In this document: one piece after another, positions 39,712 to 48,967 of the stretch
Layout of the letters: each line of letters begins with the position of its first letter
Position numbering within the stretch: position 1 is the stretch's first letter
Assembly (NCBI GenBank): GCA_965198185.1
Contig: CBDAOU010000001.1
Span: 370,212 to 434,211, forward strand
DNA from: Chloroflexota bacterium
GTDB lineage: Bacteria; Chloroflexota; UBA11872
Direction of reading: 5' to 3'
Length of the DNA stretch: 64,000 nucleotides
Position numbers and translations under genes: made by a program
The notes under the pieces: model-generated
The model's input: the letters and a program-made list of their open reading frames with translations, nothing else
Told to the model about the DNA's origin: nothing
Databases searched by the model: none

Positions 39712-40169
39712 GTCGACTCCGGCGATGCGTGGTTGGGGTGAGATATACGCGAGGCGCTCGACGAAGGCAAGCTCCCGCCGCACCAACCCTAGAAGGAGAT
39801 GGGCGTCTGGAGGATCGCCGCCGCGTCCTCCTCAACCGCATCGCGTGAGGTTAATCGGGCATCGATAAGGAATTAACCCAACGTCTATGGCTAGTCAAGA
39901 CCCCGCCTTAACCAGCGTGTGTAGGTTCTTGCTTGAGTCTAGATTGGTCGGCCTGTTTTGACGATAGACAGAACTGTCTTTGACCTGTGGCTCGGCGCTC
40001 TGTAGGTCCATTTTGGACGATAGAAAGAACCACTGAGTCCGATTTGGACGCTCGACGGCACCAAGTTCGAGAGGCGCATTGGCAGCCTGCGAATTCACAC
40101 CCATCGTGATGCGTCGGGGAGGAGGATTCCAAGTGCCTTCAGGGGTGCCGCTGCTGTTCCTTGGCCACT

Positions 40170-42188
40170 TTAGATCCAAAACCGCCACCACGAGCGGGTA
40201 GGCCCCAAGCGCCTTCCAAGGAAGGCCTCCAGACTGTTGCGGTTCAACACTGTTCTGTTGCCGCTACTCGCATCTTCATCGATGAGAGTGGATGGGACAT
40301 CCTCCCAGTCGAAGCCACGCCTCCCAAAAGCATCCCGCGGTTCCCAGACGATTATCCTGCTGCCGTCAACGGTCCAGCCGCTGGAGGCCTCACCTTCGGT
40401 TTTGCCGTAGGCTGATTTCCTGACTACACCCAAGAGGCGAGCCTTGACTCGATCATATCGCTTCTCCGCGTAGCCGACCCAGGTTACCCTCTGGCACCAG
40501 ATTGGTGGAGCGCCGACAGTATTCTCCGTCAGAATGTCGGCTAGGACTTCTGATGAAAGGGCTAGCCAGTCGTCGGGGAGACGTTCTGCGTCGATCCGGC
40601 TCATAACCTCAACTAGGTACCGCCTATACAAATGGCCCGTCAGGCCACGTCGTATCTCCTGCACACGGCCCTGAAGACGTTGGCGTAACTCTTCAGCATG
40701 GGCGGGCAAGGCAGTCGTCGTATATACCATCATGCTCCGCTTAACTATCTCGTCGGGAAACGATTGAGGCTCCGCGTTCATGGACAGAATGAACCCGGGG
40801 TACTCGGAGACGGCTGGCTGCAACTCGTCCTTGATCATGTCCCGGCCGTGACGATTGAACGCGGTTCGTCCAATATCATCGAACACGACGGGGAAGCGCT
40901 TGTAGCCGTGCTGTAATCCACGCAGCTGGGCCGTGGTGAAGCTCCGCTTGTCCAGCGTATGCGCAAAACCAAACATAGAGGTCATCAGAGTATCTACAAG
41001 GCTGGTCTTGCCGCAGTTGGACTTGCCAAACACTATGGCGAATGAGGGGTAACGAATGACGTCGCTGTCCTGCAGTAGGGCAAGGGAGCGAAGGTCACAC
41101 AAGAAAGGCGAGAAGTACAGCCAGGACATCAACGTGAAGTAGTCGTGCTGAAGTCTCGTAACGTTCCCCTCGAAGGCACCTTCGTAGTTCCTAAAGTAGT
41201 CGAACAGGAGCTCCGAATCACGCCTAACCAGCGAGCCATCCCACTCCAGTGAGAACGGCTCACCGGACAGCAAAGAAGTGTGATTTATCCTGTCGATGGA
41301 AAGGTAGCGACTGTCCGCCTCCTCAACGGACTTGACCAAGCGTATCCGGCTTATTTCCCGCTTGATTTCGGGAGTAATCGTCTGTCTACCGTTGCGAACG
41401 GCCGGTAGAGCACCAGATAGGCGCGGCCCCAACACGGCTGCGATCTTCTCGATACGCTCAATCTGCACCGGAGAAGACATCTGTGATTCTGAGGTTGTTG
41501 GTGCTTGGATGACGACCGTTCCATCTTCCGACATGATGGGGGTAGCGGAAACCTCTATCTCTGCATTGGTTATGCGCTCTTCCGGCAGCGGCACTTCGTC
41601 CGAAGCGGCGTCCCTGATTTCATCGAACATCCGATTGTAGTGGTTCCATGCTGCCTCGTCGTTGTCAAAGACGACCAGGGTTTCGGGCTGGTTCCCCGAG
41701 AAGGCTTGTTCGGACAGATTGGCGGAGCCGATGACTACACGCCTGCGTCCGTCCCTCCCCGAAAGAAGGTAGAGCTTTGCGTGGGCAATTGACTTTCTCA
41801 GGACTCTGAAATGGGCCTGGCCGGCATGAACCTTTTCGAGAATGCGGATGTGCCGTTCGTCCTTCAGTCCCATGATGGCAGCCCGGGTGTCCCCGACCAC
41901 TACCTTCTGAAATGCAAGGATGCTCCTAATCTCGCGCAGCGTCCCTTCGTATCCAAACACGCACTCGAAGGTCTCGAATGAATAGTTGTCCAACATCCTG
42001 ACGATGGCGTTCGTGCTTGCAGAGTATGTGAGGACCCGCAGGCTGGAATAACCTTCGAATAAAGCCCAGCTGAACTTTCTCTCACCTGCGAAGCTGGCGC
42101 GAACTACTCGTAGGCCGGTTCCGTCGTCTAATTCGAATGCCGATTGGCTGTCGGATTCTCCATTCGCTCCCGGCGATGATGGATTCAT
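40170..42188 (-). CDS. PLD-superfamily nuclease fused to a P-loop NTPase (candidate defence protein)
   Basis: HAKLY...IGSANLS...NQPE single PLD half-site; Walker A GKSNCGKT and Walker B VVFDD; GGAG RBS before the ATG. Confidence 0.8.
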   Translation of the reverse strand: MNPSSPGANGESDSQSAFELDDGTGLRVVRASFAGERKFSWALFEGYSSLRVLTYSASTNAIVRMLDNYSFETFECVFGYEGTLREIRSILAFQKVVVGDTRAAIMGLKDERHIRILEKVHAGQAHFRVLRKSIAHAKLYLLSGRDGRRRVVIGSANLSEQAFSGNQPETLVVFDNDEAAWNHYNRMFDEIRDAASDEVPLPEERITNAEIEVSATPIMSEDGTVVIQAPTTSESQMSSPVQIERIEKIAAVLGPRLSGALPAVRNGRQTITPEIKREISRIRLVKSVEEADSRYLSIDRINHTSLLSGEPFSLEWDGSLVRRDSELLFDYFRNYEGAFEGNVTRLQHDYFTLMSWLYFSPFLCDLRSLALLQDSDVIRYPSFAIVFGKSNCGKTSLVDTLMTSMFGFAHTLDKRSFTTAQLRGLQHGYKRFPVVFDDIGRTAFNRHGRDMIKDELQPAVSEYPGFILSMNAEPQSFPDEIVKRSMMVYTTTALPAHAEELRQRLQGRVQEIRRGLTGHLYRRYLVEVMSRIDAERLPDDWLALSSEVLADILTENTVGAPPIWCQRVTWVGYAEKRYDRVKARLLGVVRKSAYGKTEGEASSGWTVDGSRIIVWEPRDAFGRRGFDWEDVPSTLIDEDASSGNRTVLNRNSLEAFLGRRLGPTRSWWRFWI

Positions 42189-42287
42189 TTGGCTCCCCCG
42201 TGTATAGCTTGAAGGCGGGTGAAGTTCGGTTGCTGTGGTTCCGCGGACGATCCGCGCGCCAATGCGGTAGGCCTAGCACGCTCGCCG

Positions 42288-43163
42288 TCAGACCCGCTGG
42301 TGATGCTCTTGGTCAATCCTGCCGACATGATCAAAATGAGGATCTGGAATACTTCGGTAGACATCAAGCACCTCGTCGGCAAGATCAAACCGTTCAGTCA
42401 AGATGTCTATTGCGGCTTGAGTGATTAGGGAAGCGCATGCTGCGACTGCTGTGGGTGGCGCGTTGTTGACTGGCACCGAGCATCCCAGTTGAGGGGCCGA
42501 TGGTTCCTCGCTATCGTCCCCAGCGGGAATAGCTGGATAGTGCGTTAGGTCCCCACGCTGGTTAATCGGTGTATCGCTAGGCAACGCCTGCCGCTGCACC
42601 CGGCCAATGGGGCCGCCTCGATATAACGCTCCTGAGACAAGAGGCTTGTCCATGTCCTTTGTGATCATAGCTAACGAGAGAGTCAGAGCTTCACTGCCTG
42701 TCGTATCTATGACGATGTTGGCGTCTCCTACACGCTCCCTTACTTGGCTTGGCGTGCGAGGGGATTCCTGGACGCCGTTGACTTCGGTCCAGGGTGCATG
42801 GCCCTTGACCACGGCCCTGACCGCCTGCACCTTGGATGCGCCCACCTAGTCGTAGCCAGCCACGTGTCTCACCACGTTGCCAGGTAACAGGACGTCGGGA
42901 TCGACGATGTCCAGGAACCTCAACCCGCTTTCGGCAAGAAGGGTCGCCGTGTGCCCACCCAGAGCCCCTGCCCCGAACAAAACTGCCTTGCGAGTATGTA
43001 GGATCGGGGCGTCGGGTCCTGCCCGTAGAACAAGGCTGTGCTCATCGTTGGGCCCTGGTTGCATCGCGAATGCCTCCACTTGATCTCCCGTTCCTTTGCA
43101 CGCCATCACTAACAGGTCTGTTCGACCGTACCGTGGGGACCAAAACGCGGTTCGAATCTTAGA
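42288..43163 (-). pseudogene. ThiF/E1-like adenylyltransferase, 5'-truncated, with in-frame TAG
   Basis: LRAGP, GAGALGG, DPDVLLPGNVVRH, then TAG (42846-42848), VGASKV, IDTTG, GCSVPVNNAPP. Frame runs to the tRNA end with no native start. Confidence 0.82.
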
Positions 43164-43240
43164 TGGTGGGCGCGAGGGGACTCGAACCTCTGACCTCCAC
43201 GATGTCAACGTGGCGCTCTAACCAGCTGAGCTACGCGCCC
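43164..43240 (-). tRNA. tRNA-Val (GAC)
   Basis: 77-nt cloverleaf GGGCGCGTAGCTCAGCTGGTTAGAGCG-CCACG-TTGACAT-CGTGG-AGGTCAGAGGTTCGAGTCCCCTCGCGCCCACCA with encoded CCA. Confidence 0.97.
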
Positions 43241-43433
43241 GCGGCTCGGCTCGACCCGCGTGGTGGCGTCAGCATACTTCAGCGGCCTGCGGCGTCCCTG
43301 CTGCGGGCGGTGGGTAACTCTGCTTACTTCGGCATGCGTCCGGCGGAAGCGTTCTTGCCGAGCACCCTCACTCCCTGGTGAAGCCAGGGCCGGGCTGAAA
43401 CCTCCAAGAGGCTTTTCCTGACCCTGGAGAGGC

Positions 43434-44702
<1,269 letters not shown>

Positions 44703-44751
44703 TAGGCGCGCGGCGCATACTTGGGACGCCCGCGAGCGGGAATCTGCACGC

Positions 44752-45783
44752 ATGACGACACGCGACCCGGTGCCGGTGTCGGTGGCCGATCTGCGGCGGC
44801 GGATTGCGGTCCTGCCGCGCTTTCACCTCACCGATCTGCCCACGCCGTTCGAGGAGCTGACCAATCTGCGGGAGGCCATCGGCGGGCCGCGGGTGTTCAT
44901 CAAGCGCGACGACCTGACGCACAGCGCCCTGGGCGGCAACAAGAACCGCAAGTTCGAGTTCGAGGTGGCCGATGCGCTGCAGCAAGGGTGCGACGTGATC
45001 GTGTGGGGCGGCGGCGTGCGGCAGTCCAACCATGCGCGCCAGTGCGCGGCGGCGGCGCGCAAGGCCGGTCTGGACGTGGTGCTGGTGCTGAATCGCGGCA
45101 TCCACGGCGACGACCGGCAGGGCAACCGGCTGCTCACCGAGCTGCTGGGCGCCGACGTGCGGCAGGTGGACAGCGACGAGATGTTCGGCGTGGAGGCGGA
45201 GGTCGATCGGGTCGAGCGGGAGCTTGAGGCCCAAGGCCGCCGTCCCTACATCGTCCGCTACGGCCCGCTCACCGCCGTGGGTTATGTCGAGTGCCTGATC
45301 GAGACGGTGGAGCAAGCGGCCGAGCGCGGCGTCTCCCTCAGCCATGTCTACGTCGCGTCCGGTGGCGGCACGCAGGCCGGGCTGGAGCTTGGGGTGCATG
45401 CGCTTGGCCTGGACCTTGAGATCCGGGGATTCACGCCGCTGCGGGTGCCCGGCGGCCGCGCGCCCGAGCAGGCCCGGATGGCGAATATGACGGCGGAGCT
45501 TCTGGGGCTGGACCTGACGCTCGATCCGGCGGAGATCTCGAACTCGGACGCGTACATGGGGCCGACCTATGCGGCGGCGACGCCCGACGGCATCGAGGCG
45601 ATCAAGCTGCTGGCTCGCACCGAGGGCGTGTTCCTGGAGCCGGTCTACACGGCCAAGGCCTTCGCCGCGCTGCTCGACGACGTGCGCAGCGGCGCGCTGA
45701 CCGAGCAGGACGCCGTGGCGTTCATGCACACCGGCGGCACCCCGCTGATCTTCGCCTACGCCGAGGAGCTCAGCGCCGACTAG
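44752..45783 (+). CDS. PLP-dependent D-cysteine desulfhydrase / ACC deaminase family protein
   Basis: PTPFEEL, IKRDDL, GGNKNRK, QSNHAR, ASGGGTQAG, LEPVYTAKA, HTGG. Confidence 0.88.
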   Translation: MTTRDPVPVSVADLRRRIAVLPRFHLTDLPTPFEELTNLREAIGGPRVFIKRDDLTHSALGGNKNRKFEFEVADALQQGCDVIVWGGGVRQSNHARQCAAAARKAGLDVVLVLNRGIHGDDRQGNRLLTELLGADVRQVDSDEMFGVEAEVDRVERELEAQGRRPYIVRYGPLTAVGYVECLIETVEQAAERGVSLSHVYVASGGGTQAGLELGVHALGLDLEIRGFTPLRVPGGRAPEQARMANMTAELLGLDLTLDPAEISNSDAYMGPTYAAATPDGIEAIKLLARTEGVFLEPVYTAKAFAALLDDVRSGALTEQDAVAFMHTGGTPLIFAYAEELSAD

Positions 45784-45852
45784 GGCGCCGCCGGATCGGG
45801 GGGCATGTCGGCGCCGACCGTGTTCGGCGCGCGCGTGACGCGGCCCTCACCC

Positions 45853-45981
45853 TCAGGGAACCTCTCAACAATCAAGGATGCCTTGGCCCACATGTGCCCC
45901 AATCCGTTCGGTAGCCCCTTCGACAAGCTCAGGGCGAACGGATTGGGGCAGCTTCCATCGACTTATTCAGACTTTCCTTGG
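45853..45981. mobile_element. MITE family 1, copy D, just upstream of the amtB leader
   Basis: GGAACCTCTCAACAAT...same stem and core...TTATTCAGACTTTCC; aligns with copy B over its full length. Confidence 0.8.
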
Positions 45982-46232
45982 TTGACCGCCGCAGTACCAT
46001 ATGCCCGTTGCTGGGGATCCGCCGGCTCGCGGCCGGGTCTGCTCCAGGCGACGCAAGGCGATAGGGCGACGGGAGGCCGCGGCCCCTTTTCCAGGGGACG
46101 CGCCGCTCACGCGGGGATGGCAGCGCCCAACGCGAGGGAGCACGCCTTGCCGGAAGCAGCAGGAAGCGAGCCGCCACCACCCGTTCGCTCGCCTCAGGGC
46201 GGGCCGGGCGCGCATGAACGAGGCTGCCGACC

Positions 46233-47445
46233 ATGAATCATGTGGATGTGGCGTGGATGCTGATCTGCTCCGCGCTGGTGCTGCTGATGACGCCCGGACT
46301 GGCGCTGTTCTACGGCGGCCTGGCGCGCAGCAAGAACGCCGCCGCCACCGTGATGCACAGCTTCATGAGCATGGGCATCGTCGGGATCGTCTGGGTGCTC
46401 TGGGGTTATTCCCTGGCCTTCGGCCCTGACATCGGCCGCTTCATCGGCAGCCTTGAGTTCGTGGGCCTCAACCAGGTCAGCGCCAGCGAGCCCGGGCCCC
46501 ACGCCGACAACATCCCCCATCAGACCTTCATGATCTTTCAGGGCATGTTCGCCATCATCGCCCCCGCCCTGATCACGGGCGCCTTTGCCGAGCGCATGAA
46601 GTTCAAGGCCTACGTGCTCTTCACCGTGCTCTGGGTCACCCTGGTCTACGCCCCCGTGGCCCACTGGGTCTGGGGCGGCGGCTGGATGCACGCGATGGGC
46701 GCGCTGGACTTCGCCGGCGGCAACGTGGTGCACGTCAACACGGGCGTCGCCGCCCTGGCCGCCGCCGTGATCTTCGGTCGCCGCATCGGCTTCGGCTCCG
46801 ACCCCATGGAGCCCCACAACATCCCCATGGTCGTCCTGGGCGCGGGCTTGCTCTGGTTCGGCTGGTTCGGCTTCAACGCCGGCTCCGCGCTGGCGGTCGG
46901 CGCCAGCGCCGTGAACGCCTTCGTGGTCACCAACATCGGCGCGGCCGCCGGCATCCTGGGATGGACGGCCGCGGCCTGGGTGTCGATCGCCGGCCGTCGG
47001 TCATCGGCGCGGCCTCGGGCGCCGTGGCCGGTCTGGTCGCCATCACGCCGGCCGCCGGCTTCGTCGGCCCCCTGCCCGCCATCCTCATCGGGCTCTTGGC
47101 CGGCATCTTCTGCTATCTGGCCGCGGAGTTGCTCAAGAAGCTGAGCTGGACGACTCGCTGTCCGTCTGGGGCGTCCATGGCGTCGGCGGCACCTGGGGCG
47201 CCCTGGCCACCGGCATCTTCGTCGGCATCGGCTTCGGCGGCATCGCGGCCTTCACCGAGGCCTCACGGCTCGAGCAGATCGGCATTCAGATCGTCTCCAT
47301 CCTCGCCACCTGGGCCTGGGCCTTCGTGGTGACGACGATCATCCTCTGGGCCATCAAGCTGACGGTCGGTCTGCGCGTGTCGGGCGACCAGGAAGCCGCC
47401 GGCCTGGACACCGCCGAGCATGGTGAGGTCGCCTACCGACTGTAG
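46233..47445 (+). pseudogene. amtB: Ammonium transporter with two -1 frameshifts
   Basis: [45 protein letters not shown], then AITPAAG and GVHGVGG in successive frames. Shifts near 46985 and 47145; stop TAG 47443-47445. Confidence 0.9.
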
Positions 47446-47569
47446 GGAGCGTCTGAACAAACAAGACCCCATGGCATACATGGACCCCCAATCCGTTCGA
47501 TAACCCTTCGACTAGCTCAGGGCGAACGGATTGGGGTAAAGCCCATAGCCTTTTTCAGACCTCTTCTAG
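47442..47569. mobile_element. MITE family 1, copy E, starting at the amtB stop codon
   Basis: GTAG-GGAGCGTCTGAACAAA...core...TTTTTCAGACCTCTT-CTAG. Confidence 0.8.
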
Positions 47570-47582
47570 GTGCATCCACGAG

Positions 47583-47647
47583 GGTCACGCCCGTGAGACG
47601 CTCCCGGTCGGTGGCGGGCGAACACCCAGCCACCGATCAGCGTGACC
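47583..47647. terminator. Long nested hairpin between convergent amtB and VOC genes
   Basis: GGTCACGC/GCGTGACC outer stem and GGTCGGTGGC/GCCACCGATC inner stem; no U-tract. Confidence 0.35.
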
Positions 47648-47665
47648 GACTGCCCGCCGCCAGGC

Positions 47666-48103
47666 TCAGCCCGGCAGCCGCTCGGTGAACTCGATCACGT
47701 TGTGCTCGGGATCCTTGGCGTAGACCACGCGCTTCCACGTGTCCGGCCAGTCCTGCGGCGATCCCCAGTAGTCCAAGCCTTCGCCCTCGAGGGCGGCGAG
47801 GATCGGGTCCAGGTCGTCGACGATGAAGTGAATGTGGTTCATGCCGTGGCCGTTGGGGCCCTTGGGCACGATGGCCGAGGGGTGATTCGGATACTTGATC
47901 AGCTCGACGCCGTTGGGGTGTTCCGGCGTGCCCAGGATCACGGCCTGCAACACAACCCCGGTCAGACCCGTGATGCCGTCGATGAACGGTCCCTCGCGGA
48001 CGACACGCCGCGTCTCCGCCAGTCCCAGGATCTCGCCGTAGAACCGCTCCATGAGCGGCAGATCGCGCACAACGACTCCGGTATGCCCTATCGTGATTGC
48101 CAC
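47666..48103 (-). CDS. VOC (glyoxalase/bleomycin resistance) family protein
   Basis: GTG after GGAGGAGG; IGHTGVVVRDL...FY, VELIKY, NHIHFIVDDLD, KDPEHNVIEF. Confidence 0.88.
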   Translation of the reverse strand: MAITIGHTGVVVRDLPLMERFYGEILGLAETRRVVREGPFIDGITGLTGVVLQAVILGTPEHPNGVELIKYPNHPSAIVPKGPNGHGMNHIHFIVDDLDPILAALEGEGLDYWGSPQDWPDTWKRVVYAKDPEHNVIEFTERLPG

Positions 48104-48164
48104 AGCGTTCCTCCTCCACCTGTCTGTCGCCATTGTGGCGCACGCGGGTGAGATTGGCTTCCGG

Positions 48165-48967
48165 ATGGCCCTGTCGCGGTCACATTTGCAGCTTGCGGTT
48201 GAGGCGGCGGACCGCGCGAGCGGCCGGCTGCGTGCGGTGATCGACGCGCACTTCAGCCACTTCTGCGTGGGAGCGGTGGCGCCCGACGCGCGCAGACGCA
48301 ACGAGGCCGGCCGCGAGACCACGCACTTCTTTCACTTTCAGGAGCCGTCGACATGGGGGCGGGCGACGGCGGTGCTGTTCGCCGCCCGGCCCGCGCTGGC
48401 GCGCCCAGACGACCTTTCCGCTGCCCAGGCGGCCTACGTCGCGGGATATCTGGCGCATCTGGCCGTGGATGAGGTCTTCGCCAACATCTGCGGCGAGCAT
48501 GCGCGCCGCGCCGATCGGGCGGCAACGCTTGGACTGACCTACGCCTTGGAGCGCGGGTGGCATGGGCTTGTGGAGCCGCTGGCGCGCGCGGCGGCCGTGG
48601 TGCATCCGTTCGATCCGGGCGGAATCGACCTGATCGTGGACGCCGAGCGGCTCACGGCGCTCACGGACTGGGCGGTCCGGCTGGCGCGCGCAACGAGCCC
48701 CGCGGACATCGTGCGCTTGCTGGCCCGCGCCGACGGACGACAGGTCGATCCGGCTGAGGCCGAGCGCATCGCCGCGGAGCGCGTGGCCAGCGGACGGGCG
48801 CTGTTCGGCGACGACGTCGCGGAGCGGTTTGCGCGCGCGCCGCCGAGGAGATCGATCGGCGCCTGGCGGCCTACGAGCGCGGCGACGGGGCGCGCTACGA
48901 TTCGCCATCCCTGCGGGCCGGCCTCGCGGCCGCACCACCAGCCGCATCTGGAGATATCCGTGCATGA
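48165..48967 (+). CDS. Zn-dependent phospholipase C-like protein; natural end needs a 2-nt correction in a (GC)5 tract
   Basis: SH...GAVAPD...THFF...GYLAHLAVD pattern. Removing one GC at 48831-48840 gives ARAAEEIDRRLAAY... ending at TGA 48965-48967. Confidence 0.6.

Larger units (their letters stand above)
39840..43163. mobile_element. Lower-GC genomic islet remnant at the 3' end of tRNA-Val
   Basis: GC visibly lower (sampled lines about 48-63% against about 75% in a sampled smc line); starts at the tRNA CCA end; no integrase; left boundary approximate. Confidence 0.72.

Noticed and set aside
39700-40170. att duplication of the tRNA-Val 3' end
   Set aside because: No copy of the tRNA 3' sequence was found at the far side of the islet.
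39895-40191. ORFs 39895-40191 and 39908-40132 as a partner gene (for example JAB)
   Set aside because: No recognisable motif, no HxH JAB signature, no clear RBS.
42185-42388. 67-aa ORF between the E1 and PLD genes
   Set aside because: It mostly overlaps the E1 C-terminus in another frame and has no motif.
42846-42848. In-frame TAG in the E1 gene as pyrrolysine or readthrough recoding
   Set aside because: It is one transition from CAG, the gene is also 5'-truncated, and no pyl genes are in view. A nonsense mutation is simpler.
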